The notes: a model not told the origin generated them from the sequence alone. DNA of 64,000 nucleotides from Mobula hypostoma (GCF_963921235.1 NC_086097.1:49416001-49480000), one strand, 5' to 3'. Shown: positions 1 to 15,700, counted from the first letter of the stretch. Made by a program: numbers and translations.

Positions 1-388
1 ATATCTTGCATCTCTGTCGATCAGTAATCTGTCACAGCTATATTAGGTTCAGCAAAGTTATTAAGGAATATGGAAAAGGACAAGGTATATAGGATGGATC
101 AATAATCAACCTTGCTCTCACTGAAGAGGATTGTTGTGCTAAATAGCCCAGCTTTGATGCATGTCCCTGTGTTGTTCTTGTATTAACTTGCACACCACAG
201 GATGAAGAAGCAGAGCATTTTAAAGATCCACCCTACAAGAATGTTCTTTTGCTGCTGGTTCAGGCTTGTTTTGAGATGCCTTATGCCAGTAGTATGACTC
301 TTGGATTTAATTACTTTTCAAATCTCAAGCCTTATTTTAACAAATTCTTTGCCTTCCATTTCACAGGTGAACCAAAGGCAGAATTAAT

Positions 389-782
389 ATGGCTGCAAAG
401 CAGGAAAGTAAGTCGAAGAAATGGGCTCTTGTAAAGGAAAAGATCACTGCCCCAGACATAGACAATACCGAGGCCAACCTGGAAAATGCTGACCCTGAGC
501 TCTGTATCCGTTTGCTTCAGACCCCAACTGTTATGAATTACTCAGGCCTGAAGAAGCGAGTGGAAAACAGCAACAATGCCTGGATGCTACAATTCCTGGA
601 GCTTGGTGGCCTTGATTTACTGCTGGAAGCACTGGACAGATTGTCCGGCAGAGGAGTGGCAAAGATAACCGATGCCCTCTTGCAGCTCACCTGCGTGAAG
701 TGTGTACGGGCTGTGATGAACTCTTCAAAAGGCATCGACTACATTATAAATAATTCAGGCTATGTCCGAAAACTTTCCCAAG
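389..782 (+). CDS. INF2: INF2 exon 2 (first coding exon; exon begins 367): N-terminal extension and start of DID
   Basis: Acceptor ttcacag ends 366; ATG 389; [19 protein letters not shown]...YVRKLSQ; donor G|gtatgg, phase 1. Confidence 0.96.
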
Positions 783-3700
783 GTATGGAATAAACATCTC
801 AATCGAGCTTTAATGCACTGTTTAATGTTTCAACTGTTTTTGTGTCAGGTTTATCCTTAACATACCAATACACCTTACAACAAATGGAAACAAAATTAAC
901 GTAAGAAATCAAGGATGTTCTGTAAATAATCATTTTCAGGTTCATGCAATGGATTACAAAATCTGCAGCTCAGTAGAAGCTATCCATAATTTTTTAAATC
1001 AATTTTGTTTACAATTGACCAAAATTGAAATGAAAGTTAACTCACATTATATCACCCATAATTTATAGCCAATGGTAAAGCAATAGTTCTTTCCATTGTC
1101 CTCAAAGCACATTACCCAGAACAATCTAGCTATCTTTTACCCATGCCTTCTTTAATCAGTCTGACACAATGAACACAAGCAACAAGATATCATCATCTGG
1201 CTGTGCAGCCAATGACATTAAAGGATTCGAGGTCACCACACATCGGGAAGCAGGAGGCACAACGCTCAAATTAATTTTATAAATACGACCATATTAAAGA
1301 TCGAAACACATGCATGATTTAGAAGCTGAAATATCATGCACTTAAAATAAAATACATTAAAATGCTTTAAGTATAAAAATTACAATGCGCATATATAAAA
1401 TTAGATTTTTTTTAAGGGAAGGCAGTTTGCTAAGTAGAGACATACTGAAGCAATTATTTAATTTTTAGCTCTGCAAACTGAAATTACAGTTTTGTTCACA
1501 TTAAGCAAATACTTGTGCAAATAATTCAGGATTCTGTACTGTATTCCACTCAACTAAAAGAATTAGCTTTTATTCCAACTAACAGGCTACTTTATTCTCC
1601 TTTGTATACACCAAGGACACTGCATCAACAACATTCAAGGAAGCACGTCCTACACATTTGTTCAAAACTTCAGCTTTTTTGTTTATAATAATGACAAATA
1701 TTGCTTTGCAAAAGAAAAATAAGTTTGCAAAGAACCACCCAGTGAAAATGAAAAGGAATGCTCCTTTCATCAGGTAGCACAGATTGTTCAATACATTGAA
1801 CACACTGCCAGAGGTAGTGGTAGAAGTGGAGACATTAGGGACATTTAAGAGACTCTCACATAGGCACATCGATGAAAGAAAAATGGAGGATGATGTGGGA
1901 GCGAATGGTTAGATTGATCTTGGAGTAACATCATGGGCTGAAGGGCCTGTACTGTGCTGTACTGTTCCATGATCTATATTAACATGGCCACATATTTTAG
2001 AATGGAACCAGCATTAAATCTGGAAACAATGCCTCTGAATTTAAAGCAGTTCACTGAATCAGCAAAACTACATAATGAGGGGAGCAATTAGCAAACTAGC
2101 ATCAGCATCCTCGCATCCTCTCCTAAGTAACACCCCCAGTTCCAAGGCCCTAATTAATTGTCAGCATCTTCTGTTAATTGCATACATACCAGAGTCCCAA
2201 AAACAGATGCTCTATCATGGGAAGAAAAGATTCAAGGATATGCTGGAGTCTGCAGTTTCTACATTGGCCTCATGAGCTGCCTCACAATAGACAATGCTGG
2301 AACATCTGCAGCATTTTGGGGCAAAAAAAACTGCAAGGGGATCACAACCTTCTGGGTGAAGAAATTATTCCTGATCTTAATCCTTGTACTGAGGCAGCAC
2401 CAATTGTTCTCTATCAAGGGTAACAATCTCTGAATGACAAGGATACAGTACTCACTGGCATGGATTTCCCATTCCAAATTCCAGCTGCAGATGGATCTAA
2501 ACTAACTGGCATCCAGCAGAGTGAGAACTACTCCGAAGGGTTCTCAGAGCCATTCATAAAGACTGATTTTTAAACCAACTTTATGAAACTCTTGCAGAAT
2601 GACAAGGGCATGAATTTACAAAAGCTAAAATATCATTTTTTAAAAATTCAGTTTGATGCAGTTATTTCATGGGAGGCACCACACAGAAAATTGTTTTTCA
2701 GGGCCAGAGAGGTTGTTCAGCAAAATAAATTATCTTCATACTTTGTGAAAAAAAATCAGTACATCTTAAGCAAGAAGGCTGAGTATTTATAATGAGAATA
2801 GTAGCAATATTTTCTGGCTTCCCTCTAAAAGACTTCACTGGCTGACCATGAGGTTATCAGTGAGTAGAAATGTTTGAGTGTTTCTGCATTTAATGCATGT
2901 GAAGACTTAGAGGTTTCCGTCGGTTTTATGATGCAACAATGGTAAAAGGTGACAGTTTTGTTGTTATTAGACCACAAAATCTGGGCTATTCAATTCTGAT
3001 CAAATTTAGTTTAATGGTTAGTAGTGAGATTTGTATTTAAGATGTTGCAAAAAAAAAAGCAAGAACAAGCATATTTGTAACTACAAGGTTTTGCTGTCTC
3101 AGGTAAAATTTTGCTTTCATCTGAAGTAACAATCTTAAAAATTTGATTTGCAGCTTTAGATACAGCTAACATCACAGTAAAGAAACAAGTCTTCGAGCTG
3201 TTAGCAGCACTATCTATCTACTCCCCAGAAGGCCACAGTCTGGCTTTGGATGCATTGGAAAACTACAAGGCAAGTGTAAAGCCACGGTTCAAAATATATT
3301 TGTTTGTTTGATGAAATGTGCATGCTATCAATCACTGCATTTTCACATGATAATCCTGCTAAAGCACTGGACTTCCTCTGATAGGATAGAAAATAAAATT
3401 TTATTCCTAGGACTAAGACCCACAAGATTCATGGATGGAAAAAAATCGTATTTAAAATACATAGATTACTGCTCAGATAGAAACAATACTATCTGGTTCC
3501 ATTGTTCACTTGTGAAAGGGGTGTAAGATTTTGCAATTAAAGCATAAAATGCTGAAGTTGAGCAGATCAAGCCATATCTACGTGGTGAGAAATAGGTAAA
3601 TCATCTTCATTGGAATATGAAAAGAGAAGAATAGGGAAAAAGTTTTAAGTTAAATAGGAAGAAGCCAAAGGGATTCTCTGTGAGAGGCTGGAGAGCAGAT

Positions 3701-6700
3701 TGTTCTGGTGACACAATTACTTTCTGTGGCATCTGGTTAATCATAGCTGATCTATCCAAAAGTGTGTAAATAGAGGGAGATGAATGGTGACCATCAGAGG
3801 GCAATGAAAAGAATGTGTGCTGGGTCTATGAGGTACACAACACAGTAGTTACTGAAAATCTGGAACAAAAGAGAATGGTGGAAAGACCTAGCAAATTAGG
3901 TGGATTTGAAACTAGCCAGTTCTGATACAATATGAGCTAGATAAAGTCAATGCAGCCTTTTTCCTAGAGTTAGGGAATTAAGAACTGGAGGTTAAGGAGG
4001 AGGAGATTTAATAGGAACCTGATGGACAATTTTAACCACTCTCCATCCACCTCCACACACACACAGAGGGTGATCTACATATGCATTTTGATTTCAACAT
4101 CGACGTGATGCATTCAGAATGCTGAAATAGGAGGGGAGGGACGATGTGTCAGGTGAAGGTGCCAGAAATTATGGAGAACAATCTATATAGAGCAAGAAGA
4201 TTGGTAAGGTGGAAAATGAGAGCATAGGAAACTCTAAACACAGGATGAGAAAGAGGGAGTATGGCAGAGTGTTCTGTCAGTTATGGGAGAGGAGAGACCA
4301 TTGCTACGGAATAATGATGATATTTTAGAAGTGATGCTGATTATCATCGGAGCAGATGCTACAGAGCCAGAGAATCTGGGTAAATGGAGTGGAGTCCTTA
4401 GAAGGTGCAATATGGGAGGAGGAGTCATCAAGATAGCAGTAAGAGCCTCCATTGATTATTTATCACTAACTTTATTTTTGGTAATGGAGGTGGACATGTC
4501 AAGAAAGAGAAGGCAAAAGACAAACATGGGACATATGAAGCCCTTGAAGGCAATTAAGAAAGTGAGAATTCTGAATGAGTGCAGGAACTGATTAAGTATC
4601 TGTATACTGAAGTGAAAGCTCTGTCATCATCCTAGAGTGGAAAGGCAGTGCAGTGTGATTAGACATCCATAATGAGAAATTATCCGTTAGGACCAGGAAA
4701 TCCTGAAACTGGCTCAAGGCAACCGAAGCATCACATGACAGAGAGCAAAGGAAGAAAATAATAGATGTAAAATAGGAAGAAATAAGTTCAATGGGGCAAG
4801 AGTATTACAAACATGTTGGTGAGACTGCATTTGAAATATTGTGTTCAGTTTTAGTCACCATGCTATCAGATTTAAGCGGGAAAGAGTGCAGAAAAGATTT
4901 CTGAGGATTATTGCCAGGACTTAAGGGACTGAGTTAGAGAGAAAGGTTGAGCAGGCTATGACTTTATTCATTGAAGCATAGCAGAATGAGGGGTTATCGT
5001 GTTGAATTGTACGGGGGAAGCATAGGTAGCTTCTTTTTCCTAGAGTTGGCAAATCAAGAACTAGAGGGCATAGACTTAAGGTAAGAGGGAAGATATAATA
5101 GGAGCCTGAGGGGCTAAGTTTTCCACCCACAGGGTGATCTGTATATGTACTGAGGGGCCAGAGGGAGTGATTGAAGCAGGTACATCAATATAAATATGAG
5201 GTGACTATCTGAGAGACAATGACCTAATGTTTAGTGGTGGGGTCATGCTCCAGAGGGAAGTAGGAGAAGGCATCTTGACATTCAAATTCTGTGAGGTAGA
5301 GTCCAGTTCACCAAACCACAGCTGCTTTACCGTTGTCACCAGTTTTGATGAAAACAGTGAGATTAGTCATTCGTGACAGAGTGCTATAAGTACAGATAAG
5401 AGTTGGTTAAAGCAAGTAAGGGCAAGGCAAACTTTAAGAAAGTTAATGTAGTAAAGAAATTGGAAAATTTTGTAAGATTTTGTCCTTTTAATATCAAAAC
5501 AAAGGCTCAGTGGGACTATCAATTGGGCACTGTGACTTTAATGAATTAAAGGCAAGGTGCCAATTTTAAATCAAGATTGTTAGGCAGTTAACAACATCAA
5601 AAGGTTATATGTTATGATCCCAATATTACATTCAAAGGCTCAAAAGTTAACAGATTTACTGGATTTCTTCAACTATTTTACCCCATCGTGCCAAAACTAT
5701 CTTAATTCTTCTTTCCAATAAGTTCACAGGTTATCATACAGTAATTCATTCTTTCATGAGTTTACAAACATAGCATAGACTTGTAGCTTAGTTACACATT
5801 CAAAGTAGTTACAAAGGAACAGTACACACCCAATAAAATAAGCCAGATGTATCTTCCCTTTATAATTCTACTTCTTTAAATATATCTTCAATGGAAGTTT
5901 CAATTCCACAATTTAAATCCTTCATTTATAAATTGCATCCATTCACACTGTAAAAGAAGTATAGTGTAATATTGTTGCATATTCATATTGTGAAATGCAA
6001 AATGGAAGAGAGGATCTTAAATTGTTTTGATAAATATATTCCAAAAAAACTGAAGCATTTTTCTGTATAAATATTCTATTTTTTTCCCAATTCAAAAAAT
6101 TGATTATGCAAACTATTATAGTACTAACTTATGGACTGCAATCTCTCTTCTGCTTCAACTCATCTAATCCTATTTACATTTCTTCAAAGAGACAAACTAA
6201 TGAACACATCTCTACCTCCCTCGCCTAGATGGCACCCCACCACAGGGGTCATTAAGTCTCTTGTGGTTTCCACCTACCAGAAATGCCCTTCCTTACCTCC
6301 AACTCTCCCCTTTGCCTGCAGTTTGTTTGATTTCTAACATTTTTAGTTCAGATGCAAGGCCTTCAAACAAACAAACTTAGATTCTTGTTTCATACTTTCT
6401 GTCTAATCTACGATTTTGAGCACTTTACGATTTAAATTCATAATACACTATAACACTAGAAATAGTACAAAAATATTAGAAAAGCAACTTTCCTCAAAAT
6501 AGACAGATGTTCAATGTCATAGCCTGGAAACAAGCCATTCAGCCCAACTGATCCATGAAAGATGCCCCATTGAAGCTGGTCTCATTTGCCAGCATTTGGC
6601 CCATAAGCTTCTAAGCATTTCCAATCCATGTACCTGTCCAACAGTCTTCCAAAAGAAAATTACTGTACCTTCCTCAAGCACTTCCTCTGGCAGCTCATCC

Positions 6701-9700
6701 CATATACATATCACCCCTGTGTGTAAAACTGTTGTCCCTCAAGTTCTTGTTAAATCTTTCCCCTCTGAGCTTAAACTTGTGCTTTCCAGTCTTGGTTGAC
6801 CAACCCTGGGAAAAATATGAAGTGCATTCATCCTGTCTATACCCCTAAGGATTTCTCAGATGTCTGTAAGATCACCTCTCACTCTTTTACACACCATGAA
6901 ATATAGTTCTAGCCTTTCCAAGATCCCCATATAACCTAGTCCATCAGGTCCTGGACTTATTTACTGGCATAATTTACATATTGTTATTTAATTATTTATG
7001 GTTTTATATTGCTATATCTATACTCTATTCTTGGTTGGTGCAACTGTAATGAAACCCAATTTCCCTCGGGATCATTAAAGTATGACTATGACTAATTCTC
7101 AGATTATCACTGGTTTCTTTCCTTTGATGAATAACAGACCATTAGCTACTTAACAGTCCTCCAGAACCTCTCCTGTGGCTAGGGAGGACTCAAAGATATC
7201 AACCAAGGCCCTAGTAGTCTAATCTCTTGCTTCTCTCAACAACTTGTAGTTTATCCTATCAAGCCCTAGGGAATTATAGACTTTAATGTTCTTGAAGAGA
7301 CCAGAGACCAAACACAATTTCTGTGCTGATCTCAAAATGTTCCATGTGGATCATTCTATCTTCCATGACCATCTCCTTGCTAACTACCAAGGCAATGTAT
7401 TTACTCAGGACCTCACCTACATCCTCTGCCTCCAAACATATGTTCCTTCCTTTATTCCTGAGTGGTGTTATCCACTCCTTAGTTATCCTCTTGTTTGTAA
7501 TGTATGCATAGAATGGCTTGAGATTCAATTTAATCCTACTTGTCAAGGATTTTCCATGGCCCCTCCTAGTTCTCCTCTCAAGTTTTGTTTTCTGGCTTCT
7601 TTATAATACTCAGGAGCTCCATTTGATTTTACTTCCGAAGCTTGCATGCATATCCTTTTTCTTCTTGATAACTTTCACAAGCTCTCTCAACATTCAAGTC
7701 CCCATATCTTACCAAACTGGTGCTTCCTTAGTATTGGAATGTACCTATCTTGTACCCTCTGCAATTGGTCTGTAAATATCCTCCACTTGCCCCAAAACAG
7801 CTGTTCCCAATTGACTCAGGTTAAAGTAATAAGACATGACCCCAGTTTCCTCCCTCATGCTCTATTGAGCTTACTTTGACCACATGGTCAATCCCCAACA
7901 CTCAGGACATTATTTCTATTAAATCACTGAAGATCATCTTCCCTTCCCTCCTTCCTTGCAATGGTAAATAGCTCACACTCATCACATATTATTCTAATTG
8001 TTTCCCAGGAATTAATAGCAAATAGTAAATTTAATGGATTTTCTTTGTTCTTTTTTCTTGTTAGACTGTGAAAAGACAGCAATATCGATTCAGTGTAATA
8101 ATGAATGAATTCCAGACTACTGATAACGTTCCATATATGACAATACTGCTGAGTGTCATCAATGCCATTATTTTAGGATGTGAAGAACTGATACCTCGTA
8201 CACAACTGCGAAATGAATTCATAGGTAAATATTCCTTACTTAATTCAACTGCAGACAATCCAGCCCACTCTTTGCTTTGGGATTTACCAAATTTTAGACA
8301 GCCAGTGCAATAATATGTATACATAATATTTTCCTTAAGCATAAAGACCTCTAGTGCTCTTCAGTAAAGAGAAAAGCACAGCTACTTCCAGACCTTGGAT
8401 AGAAAACCTTTGGTAAAATATATCAAGAAATACCCGTCACTATAAAGGATTCCAACTTTTGTTTTAAAAGACGTTCAATAATTCCAGACACCACAACTGT
8501 GTCCTGGTTAAGTAGCTCAGTAACTGTTGAAGGATGTCAACAGATTATTGGAAAAGGTTATTAATTCCACAAATGTCACTTTTAATTGTCTCAGTGACTA
8601 TGAATTCTTAAAAAGTAAACACTTCAAACACTGTCAACTTCTGCTTAGATTTAACACAATCAATTTTTTATGTTTCTAAGACTGTAAGATATCCATTTTG
8701 CTCATTTTTTGTGCGAGGAGGAGGGATTTGGGGATTGATGACCGTGCTGTTGTTCTTTTCCTTCTTAGTTTTGTGGCCACTTGGAGAAGAAGAATTTCAG
8801 AGTTATATACTTCGATAATAAATGAACCTTTGAACCTTTGAAAATATTGTTCTACTTAACACTGATCATACATAACATTTTTAACAAACAATATAACTTT
8901 TGAGTGCATGGGACTTACAAAAAAATCTAGTTGCTATATTCATATATATTTTTGTATTGGTTTCTCAATACATTTTTCTGTGTAGTTGTCACTTAAGTCA
9001 AGCAGCTGTCTTGGATTAAGCAATTATGCCCCACATAGTTTTCATTAGTATTCTGATCAAGTTGTTTAAGAATCTCAGCAATTCCATGCTGATTCATGCT
9101 CTTTCATCGGCCATTCTCCTTAAAGTGGCACATTGTTAGTTCATCATGTTGTATTTCAAAACAGTAAAATATAAATCAAAACTATTATTTAACATTATGA
9201 AAAGGAAAAAATGAATCAACAAAAATGCATATTATGTGAATTTCATTATGGCTGCCTCAAATGCATTTACATCAGAGAAACTATGCCACTTTAAGCGTTT
9301 TAAAATACAAACGCTTGTATAAATAATTGTTACCTGCTAAACTTCAACAATGGTTTGTCTGATATTTCTACTTTATGTTGGCAATAGCTTGTGCACCAAG
9401 TAACCATGTTTATTTCAAAACTGAAAAACAGGACAAAGTGAATATTTGATGCATCCAAAGTCCTAGCTTTCTCAGCTTAGTTAAGTTTAAAGTAAAAATT
9501 ACCTTGATGCCACTGTTTCTGTTGCTTTTAAATTTATTTCACAAAAGCATTAAATTAAATAATAGTCTTAAAAACAACACCATATTAACTGTACCATTCC
9601 ATTTACTGCATGCCAAATAATGTTATTAAACTATTGTTTTTAAGGTCTCCACCTGCTGGATATACTGCCATCATTAAGGTATGGATTATTCACACAGATT

Positions 9701-12700
9701 AGATATATTTAACATAATGTTTCCTAAAATTTTCCTCAAATTCATTGAAAGTTTTATATTCTGACTTTTTAAATGTTTAATTGATGTCTAAATATGAAAG
9801 TATTTAACTCTCACATACTTAAGTGCTCTGCTTAAGCCATAGAAAGACACTACCTGATTCAGTTGAATTGGTATTTTGTTCAAGAGAAATGCACAAATAT
9901 AAACTGGATCATGATGTATTCATTAAGGGATCAAGATGATGAAGATTTATTAGTCCAATGTTTAACCTTTGAAGATGGTAAAGCAGATGATGATGAAGAG
10001 CTAATGAAGATTTCTGATGGCATTGATATGAACAGTCATCAAGAAGTTTTTGTAACATTATTTAACAAAGTAAGTGCATGGTTTTCTTTGGATACTATAG
10101 CAGAATTTGAAGTGTTTCAATAGTACAATTTCAGTTTAAGACAATTAAGACGAGTGAGTCTGATATTTGGCAGTGCATTGTGATTGGTAGCATTCATGTT
10201 TTTCAGTGATTTTAGTTTGTTTAATTGTCTTGAGATATAATAACATTTTAAAGATATTGACCTGCTTACGATCCAGCAATGTCGCCCTTCATTCTAAACA
10301 AAGGAGATTTAGAATAATTTTTCTGTTAAGATGATCATGGTGATACAAAGTGATTTGCTTCAATTGTTCCAATGAGAATTAAAGTTACAAGCCTGAAACT
10401 TGGATTATACCAACTTTTGCATCAGTTAAAACGTGGTTCAGTCTAGTACAATAGCCAATAGAATCTTAGACAAAATTATGCAATATCCAGTTTGAATGGA
10501 CTCAAAGTGGTTTAGGTGCAGAAACAGGTACTAAAATGGGACCCACGTGTTACTTAATGTAATTTTGATCCGTGTTGTGTGTTTCCTGAAACTTTATTGC
10601 ACTGTGTTTAATGAAGGGTGTCAGTGCTCACAAAGTCACGCTCATGTTATCAGTGCAGGAGCAACTCAGTTTTGGTTGTCATAAAGGTGACAACGAATCT
10701 GTCCTCAAAAACTTTGTGAGTACTGCTCCATTGAGACATGTGCAATCATGGGGACAAGGAAATTCAGTGTGCTAATGACAAGAAGAGCCTAGTATGAAGT
10801 GGTTCCCACAACCTCATACAGGAGTTCCAATCCTGCAGCATGCAACAATGCTAAAAGAAATTTCATGCTGTTTTAAGGTGATCTGCACATCTACAGGAGG
10901 AAATCGTTGCTTAAAATGTTCTTTAATATTCTTTAAGAAAGATGCCACTTATCATAGAGTCATAGAAAATTACAACACAGAAACAGGCCCTTTGGCCCAT
11001 CTAGTCTGCTGAACAAGTTAAACTGCCTTTTTCCATCGACAGTTTAATCCCATCAGGGAAATAGACATGATTTAGCAAGCCATTAAAGCAAAGCTTAAGT
11101 AAATCTTTGCAGGGAAGGTCAGATTTACAATCAAAACCCATTACGAAAATCACTTACTAAATGCTTGTTTTCTTTTAGCCAGATGTTAATGTTTCTAATC
11201 ATGGTTACAGAGACAAATACCACAATCTTCATGGCTTCAGTTATTACATCCTTGTTGCTTGTGCTGCTCTTCCAGTATCATCAAGCAGACCTCAAGCTCC
11301 ACGTCTCCTTGTTGCTCTTCATCTGGTGCAGGCTTTGGTCCATTACATTGTTCAGAATGAGAGGCTTCTGTTGTGGGGCACACCTAGACCAGTGCAGGCA
11401 ACAACATCTTTCCTTAAGGTGACCAATACTGCTTGCTGTTGCCATTCTAAAACATGCATTTAGAGCCCTGCTTATACATTTTTCTTCACTAAGTAGGGTG
11501 TGGTGCTTCTGGAGATTTTGTGGGAGTAAGTTCTTCACTGATGGGTATGTTTTAGCCTCCTACCTGAGATCCATTCAGAGTTGTCCTGTGAGGCCAGCCA
11601 CTGATGAAAAAGACAGTTCCAGTAATAGTTTGCTGTTGAGAGCATCACCACCAAGGCACATCATTGATTGAGCAACTTCACAGCCCAAACACAGGAAAAA
11701 ACATTTCTGTTAGCTAAACACGTTCGGTGGATTTTGAAAGATATCTGAGTCGCCTGCAGTTACTTCTGATGCTGTCCAGTCAGGTGTTCCAATATTGGCA
11801 GTGTTCCTCTCTGCATCAAAACAAAGCTACCAGCTAGCACTCTCTGTCCCTAGTTCTACTGAGACCATTCTGACACAGCCATACAAAAGACCAGTTATTC
11901 AAGACATTTAAGAGAGAAAATTATCTTGAAGTATTAATAGCTTTATTAGAGAGAAGGCAGGAGGGTGAAGGCCAGAGAAGAGGGTAGGTTTGCTAGGCGG
12001 AATGAGTTGAAATGATGGCATTATGCAGTTACCAGACTTTTTATTTTCCTTTTTGCTTGCTCCCTAGGTGAGCAGCTCACCAGCCTCTACACAACTGCTG
12101 TCAATTCTTCAAGGCCTTCTGCAGCTGGACCCATCGAACAGCGGCAGTCCTCTGATCTGGGAAGCCCTGGAAATTCTGGTGAACAGGGCAGTCCTGATTG
12201 CCTATAACAGTAAGCAATTATTTCCCCCAACTATATTGAAACATATTATTCTCCAATATCAGTACAGCATTATGCAGGTAAAAACTGAACTAAATGTTAC
12301 TGCTGCTTACTGTGCTAATTGCTACAGTTATTCACTCTTCTCCAAATTTGGCAAGAAAATAATGGCAGTTCCCTACAAACTGCCAACAATTTCCTGTGGA
12401 AATCCTGCAGTTGTGCTAGTTTTTCATAGATGTCAGCTACTGTCTAACAGTGGAGTTCCCCTGGAGACAAGTGTGAAAACAGAATGTGCTTCTGTTTAAT
12501 TTTTTAATGCTTAAATTGGTAATTGATTGAATAGATTTAAAGTTTATTTGATTATTCCTGAAGATCAGAAACAAGTGCTGTCATTAGTTTTGATAGCCAG
12601 CGAAGTCATGTGTTGTGGCCCTCTTTCCACCCCACCCCCAATTTTACACTGAAGACCAGTTTTATGCAGAAATTGCTCTAGGCGATGCCACGGGTTATTA

Positions 12701-15700
12701 TCAATCCTTTCCCACCCACCATTCCACAGGCCTCACCACTTTAATTCCAAAGTCCCTGCAGGTATGGATTGGGAAGCTGCACCTGGTCAATCAGGACCAT
12801 TCCTAGAGATGAGCCAATAGAGGGGATGGTTAATTTATTATCTTCATAATAAGTTGGATCGTACTGATCCAGTCACCTCAGCCAGAATTGGGTCCTTCTC
12901 CTCGCTTACCTGCACTGGACACTGGGGCCTCTCTCACCAGGCCTCTACTCCCTGGAGTGTCTGGATGGCAACTACACCACTGGTGTTACCAGCAACACAC
13001 CCAATGATGACCTTTGATAGTTGGGGATTCACGGCGATGTAAAAGTTATTAAAAGTGAAGTGAATAACTTAAAGGAATCTACCAAGTCTAGGCACCATGA
13101 TGAGGTGATATGCAGTGAAATAAGTTAAGAGTTTTATCTTCTGAGTTGGTCCAGAAGCCTGGAATTTCTGCATTTCATGGCACACATGCCTAAGTCCCAG
13201 ACTGACTCATTCTCTGCTCAAGAAACGAAGAAACAGGAAGCAGGAAATTATGGATCAGTTAGCCCTACGTAGGTTATTGTGAAAATACTGGAGTCTAAAA
13301 TGAAGTTAATATCAGGTAGTTTAGAAAATCATGAGACAATCAAGCAGAGTCAACATAAAAGGGAAACTGTTTAACAAAGTTAATGGAGTTTATTGACATT
13401 AGAGCAAACAAGTTGATAAATGGAAACCAGTAGATGTACTGTATTTGAGTGCTCAGAAGACATTTGATAAGGTACTGTACCTCACAAACAAAACTACTGC
13501 ACAAGAGTATATGTTGTGGGTAATATAATGGCATGGGTATATCATCATTATGTTCCGTGTCATATGACGTGGGTGATCATGGTCTTATCGATTACTATGA
13601 TTTTTCTTGGCAAGTTTTTCTACAAAACTTGTTTGCCATTGCCTTCTGGGCAGTGCCTTTACAGGACAGGTGTCCCCAGCCATTATAAATATTCTTCAGG
13701 GATTGTCTGCCTGGCATCAGTAGTCACATGAACAGGATTTGTGATGTGCACCAGCTGCCCTTACAAACATCCACCCCATCACTTGCTCCCATCGCTTCCT
13801 GTGACCCAGATCGGGGGATAAGCAGCTACTACATCTTGTCCAAGGGTGACCTGCTGGCTTGTGGAGGGAAAGGGCATCTTACACTTTTGGCAGAACATGC
13901 AGGATCTCCACCCCACCACCCCAATGGATATAGGATTGGCATTAAACAGAAACAGAACAATCATGATAAATGGATCATTTTCAGATTTTCAAAATTTTTG
14001 ATTAGTAACTACTGAACACTATAGGGTTTAGTGATGACACCTCAACTATTTTATAATCTATATTAATGATTTGATGAAAGGACTGACCAACTAGAACCAA
14101 TTTTACTAATGATACAAACTTGGGTGGGATTTAATAAACTGTGTATAGATAGGTTAAGTAAGAGGGTAAGGAGTTTGCAGATAAAATATAATGCAGAAAA
14201 ATGTGAGATTATCTACTTTGAGAAGGAGAAAAAAATGAAAAATCAGCTTCTTATTTAAATTGAGTAGAAGGATGTGTTGAGGTACAAAGTGATCTGGGAT
14301 CATGGTACACAAAATTCCGAAAGTTAACATGCTGCTGCAAGTATTTGGAAAGGCTTATGGCTTTTATTTCAAGGAGTATGGACTATAAAAAGAGGGATAT
14401 TTTGATTTAGAAATTTACAGAGCACTGGTGAGATCGCATCTGGAGTACTCTAAATAGTTTTGGTTTTCATATTTAAAGAACAGTTTACATTGGAGACAGT
14501 GGAGGGAAGAATTACTGTGTGATACTTGATGAACTAGTGAGCAGTTTGTATCCACACTCCTTGGAGCTTATGAGAAAAAAAAGTGATCAGTTTGAAATGT
14601 ACACAATTTTGTGGATGTTCCCCTCAGTGGAAATATCAAGACATAGGGGAAGTAACTTCAGAAGGGTTGTCCATTTAAGATAGAGATACTGAGGAGTTTC
14701 TTCTCTCAAAGAATCATGAATCCATGGAATTCTCAACTCCAAAGAGCTGTGGAGTTGGTGTCTTTCAATGTAATCAAGACAGGCTGAGAGACATTTGAAC
14801 TACAAGGGGGTTAATTGGTATGTGGGCAGATTGTGTGATTGTGGTGTTGGGTCAATCATGATTTTATTGAAAGGTACAACAATCTTGATGGGTTAATTGA
14901 TCTACTGCTGCTCATGACGGGGGGATAAATGTTGTACCTGATCCGTGCATTCAGACCAGGAAGGTTTCTACCATTGATTTTTGGTGAACTTATTTAATGG
15001 ATCAATGTAAGAAGTAGGAATTGAAGCAGAATAATGATTTTATCCAGAAGAATTGATATGGATGATTTGGGCCAAAGGGCCTGTTTCAATGCTGTGCCAA
15101 TCTATGACTCCAAACTCCTCTGTATTCTTGTCCCATTGTTCACACTGTCTTCTATTGGCAAACACATGTTTGGAGAATAGCTCCAAAGTTTGTGTCCTTT
15201 CATATACAGGGCTCACAGAGATCTGGCAGCCACTTTAAGTGGAAACAAGCCAGTACTTCCAGTAAGAAAGGGGTGGGGGAAGGCCTAAAAAACTACTTTT
15301 GTTTAATGAAAAGCAAGTTATTGAGCCATCATTAAATAATTTATTTAAGCAGTTGTAAGTAGGTAAAATTCTGAGGCAAACATTGATTTATGAAATACTT
15401 TTCTTCACAGCAAATGAAGATGAAGACATTGGCCTAATCATGGAAAGGCTTGTATTGACTAAGAAATTAGAAAAAGATCAGCCAGTGAAACAAAACGCAA
15501 ATAAAAAAGCTGTTGAGAAAGCTGTACAAACAGAACCATCATTGCCCACCTCAGCAGCAGGAGTAAAGCAGAAGGCTAGCTCATCATTGCCACCATCAGT
15601 TGATAAGGTGCTGCTTTCTGCACCATCATCACCTCCTCCACTGCCAGCTGTGGCAGATGACACAATGACATCTCCACCCAGTGATCTGCACACTGCCAAT

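Noticed and set aside
1..366. INF2 promoter or exon 1
   Set aside because: No CpG island or promoter signal; the region ends in a splice acceptor, so it is most likely intron 1 with exon 1 outside the window.
12210..12499. Extension of ORF 12068..12499 beyond exon 7
   Set aside because: INF2 similarity ends at the gtaagc donor; the rest is intronic read-through.
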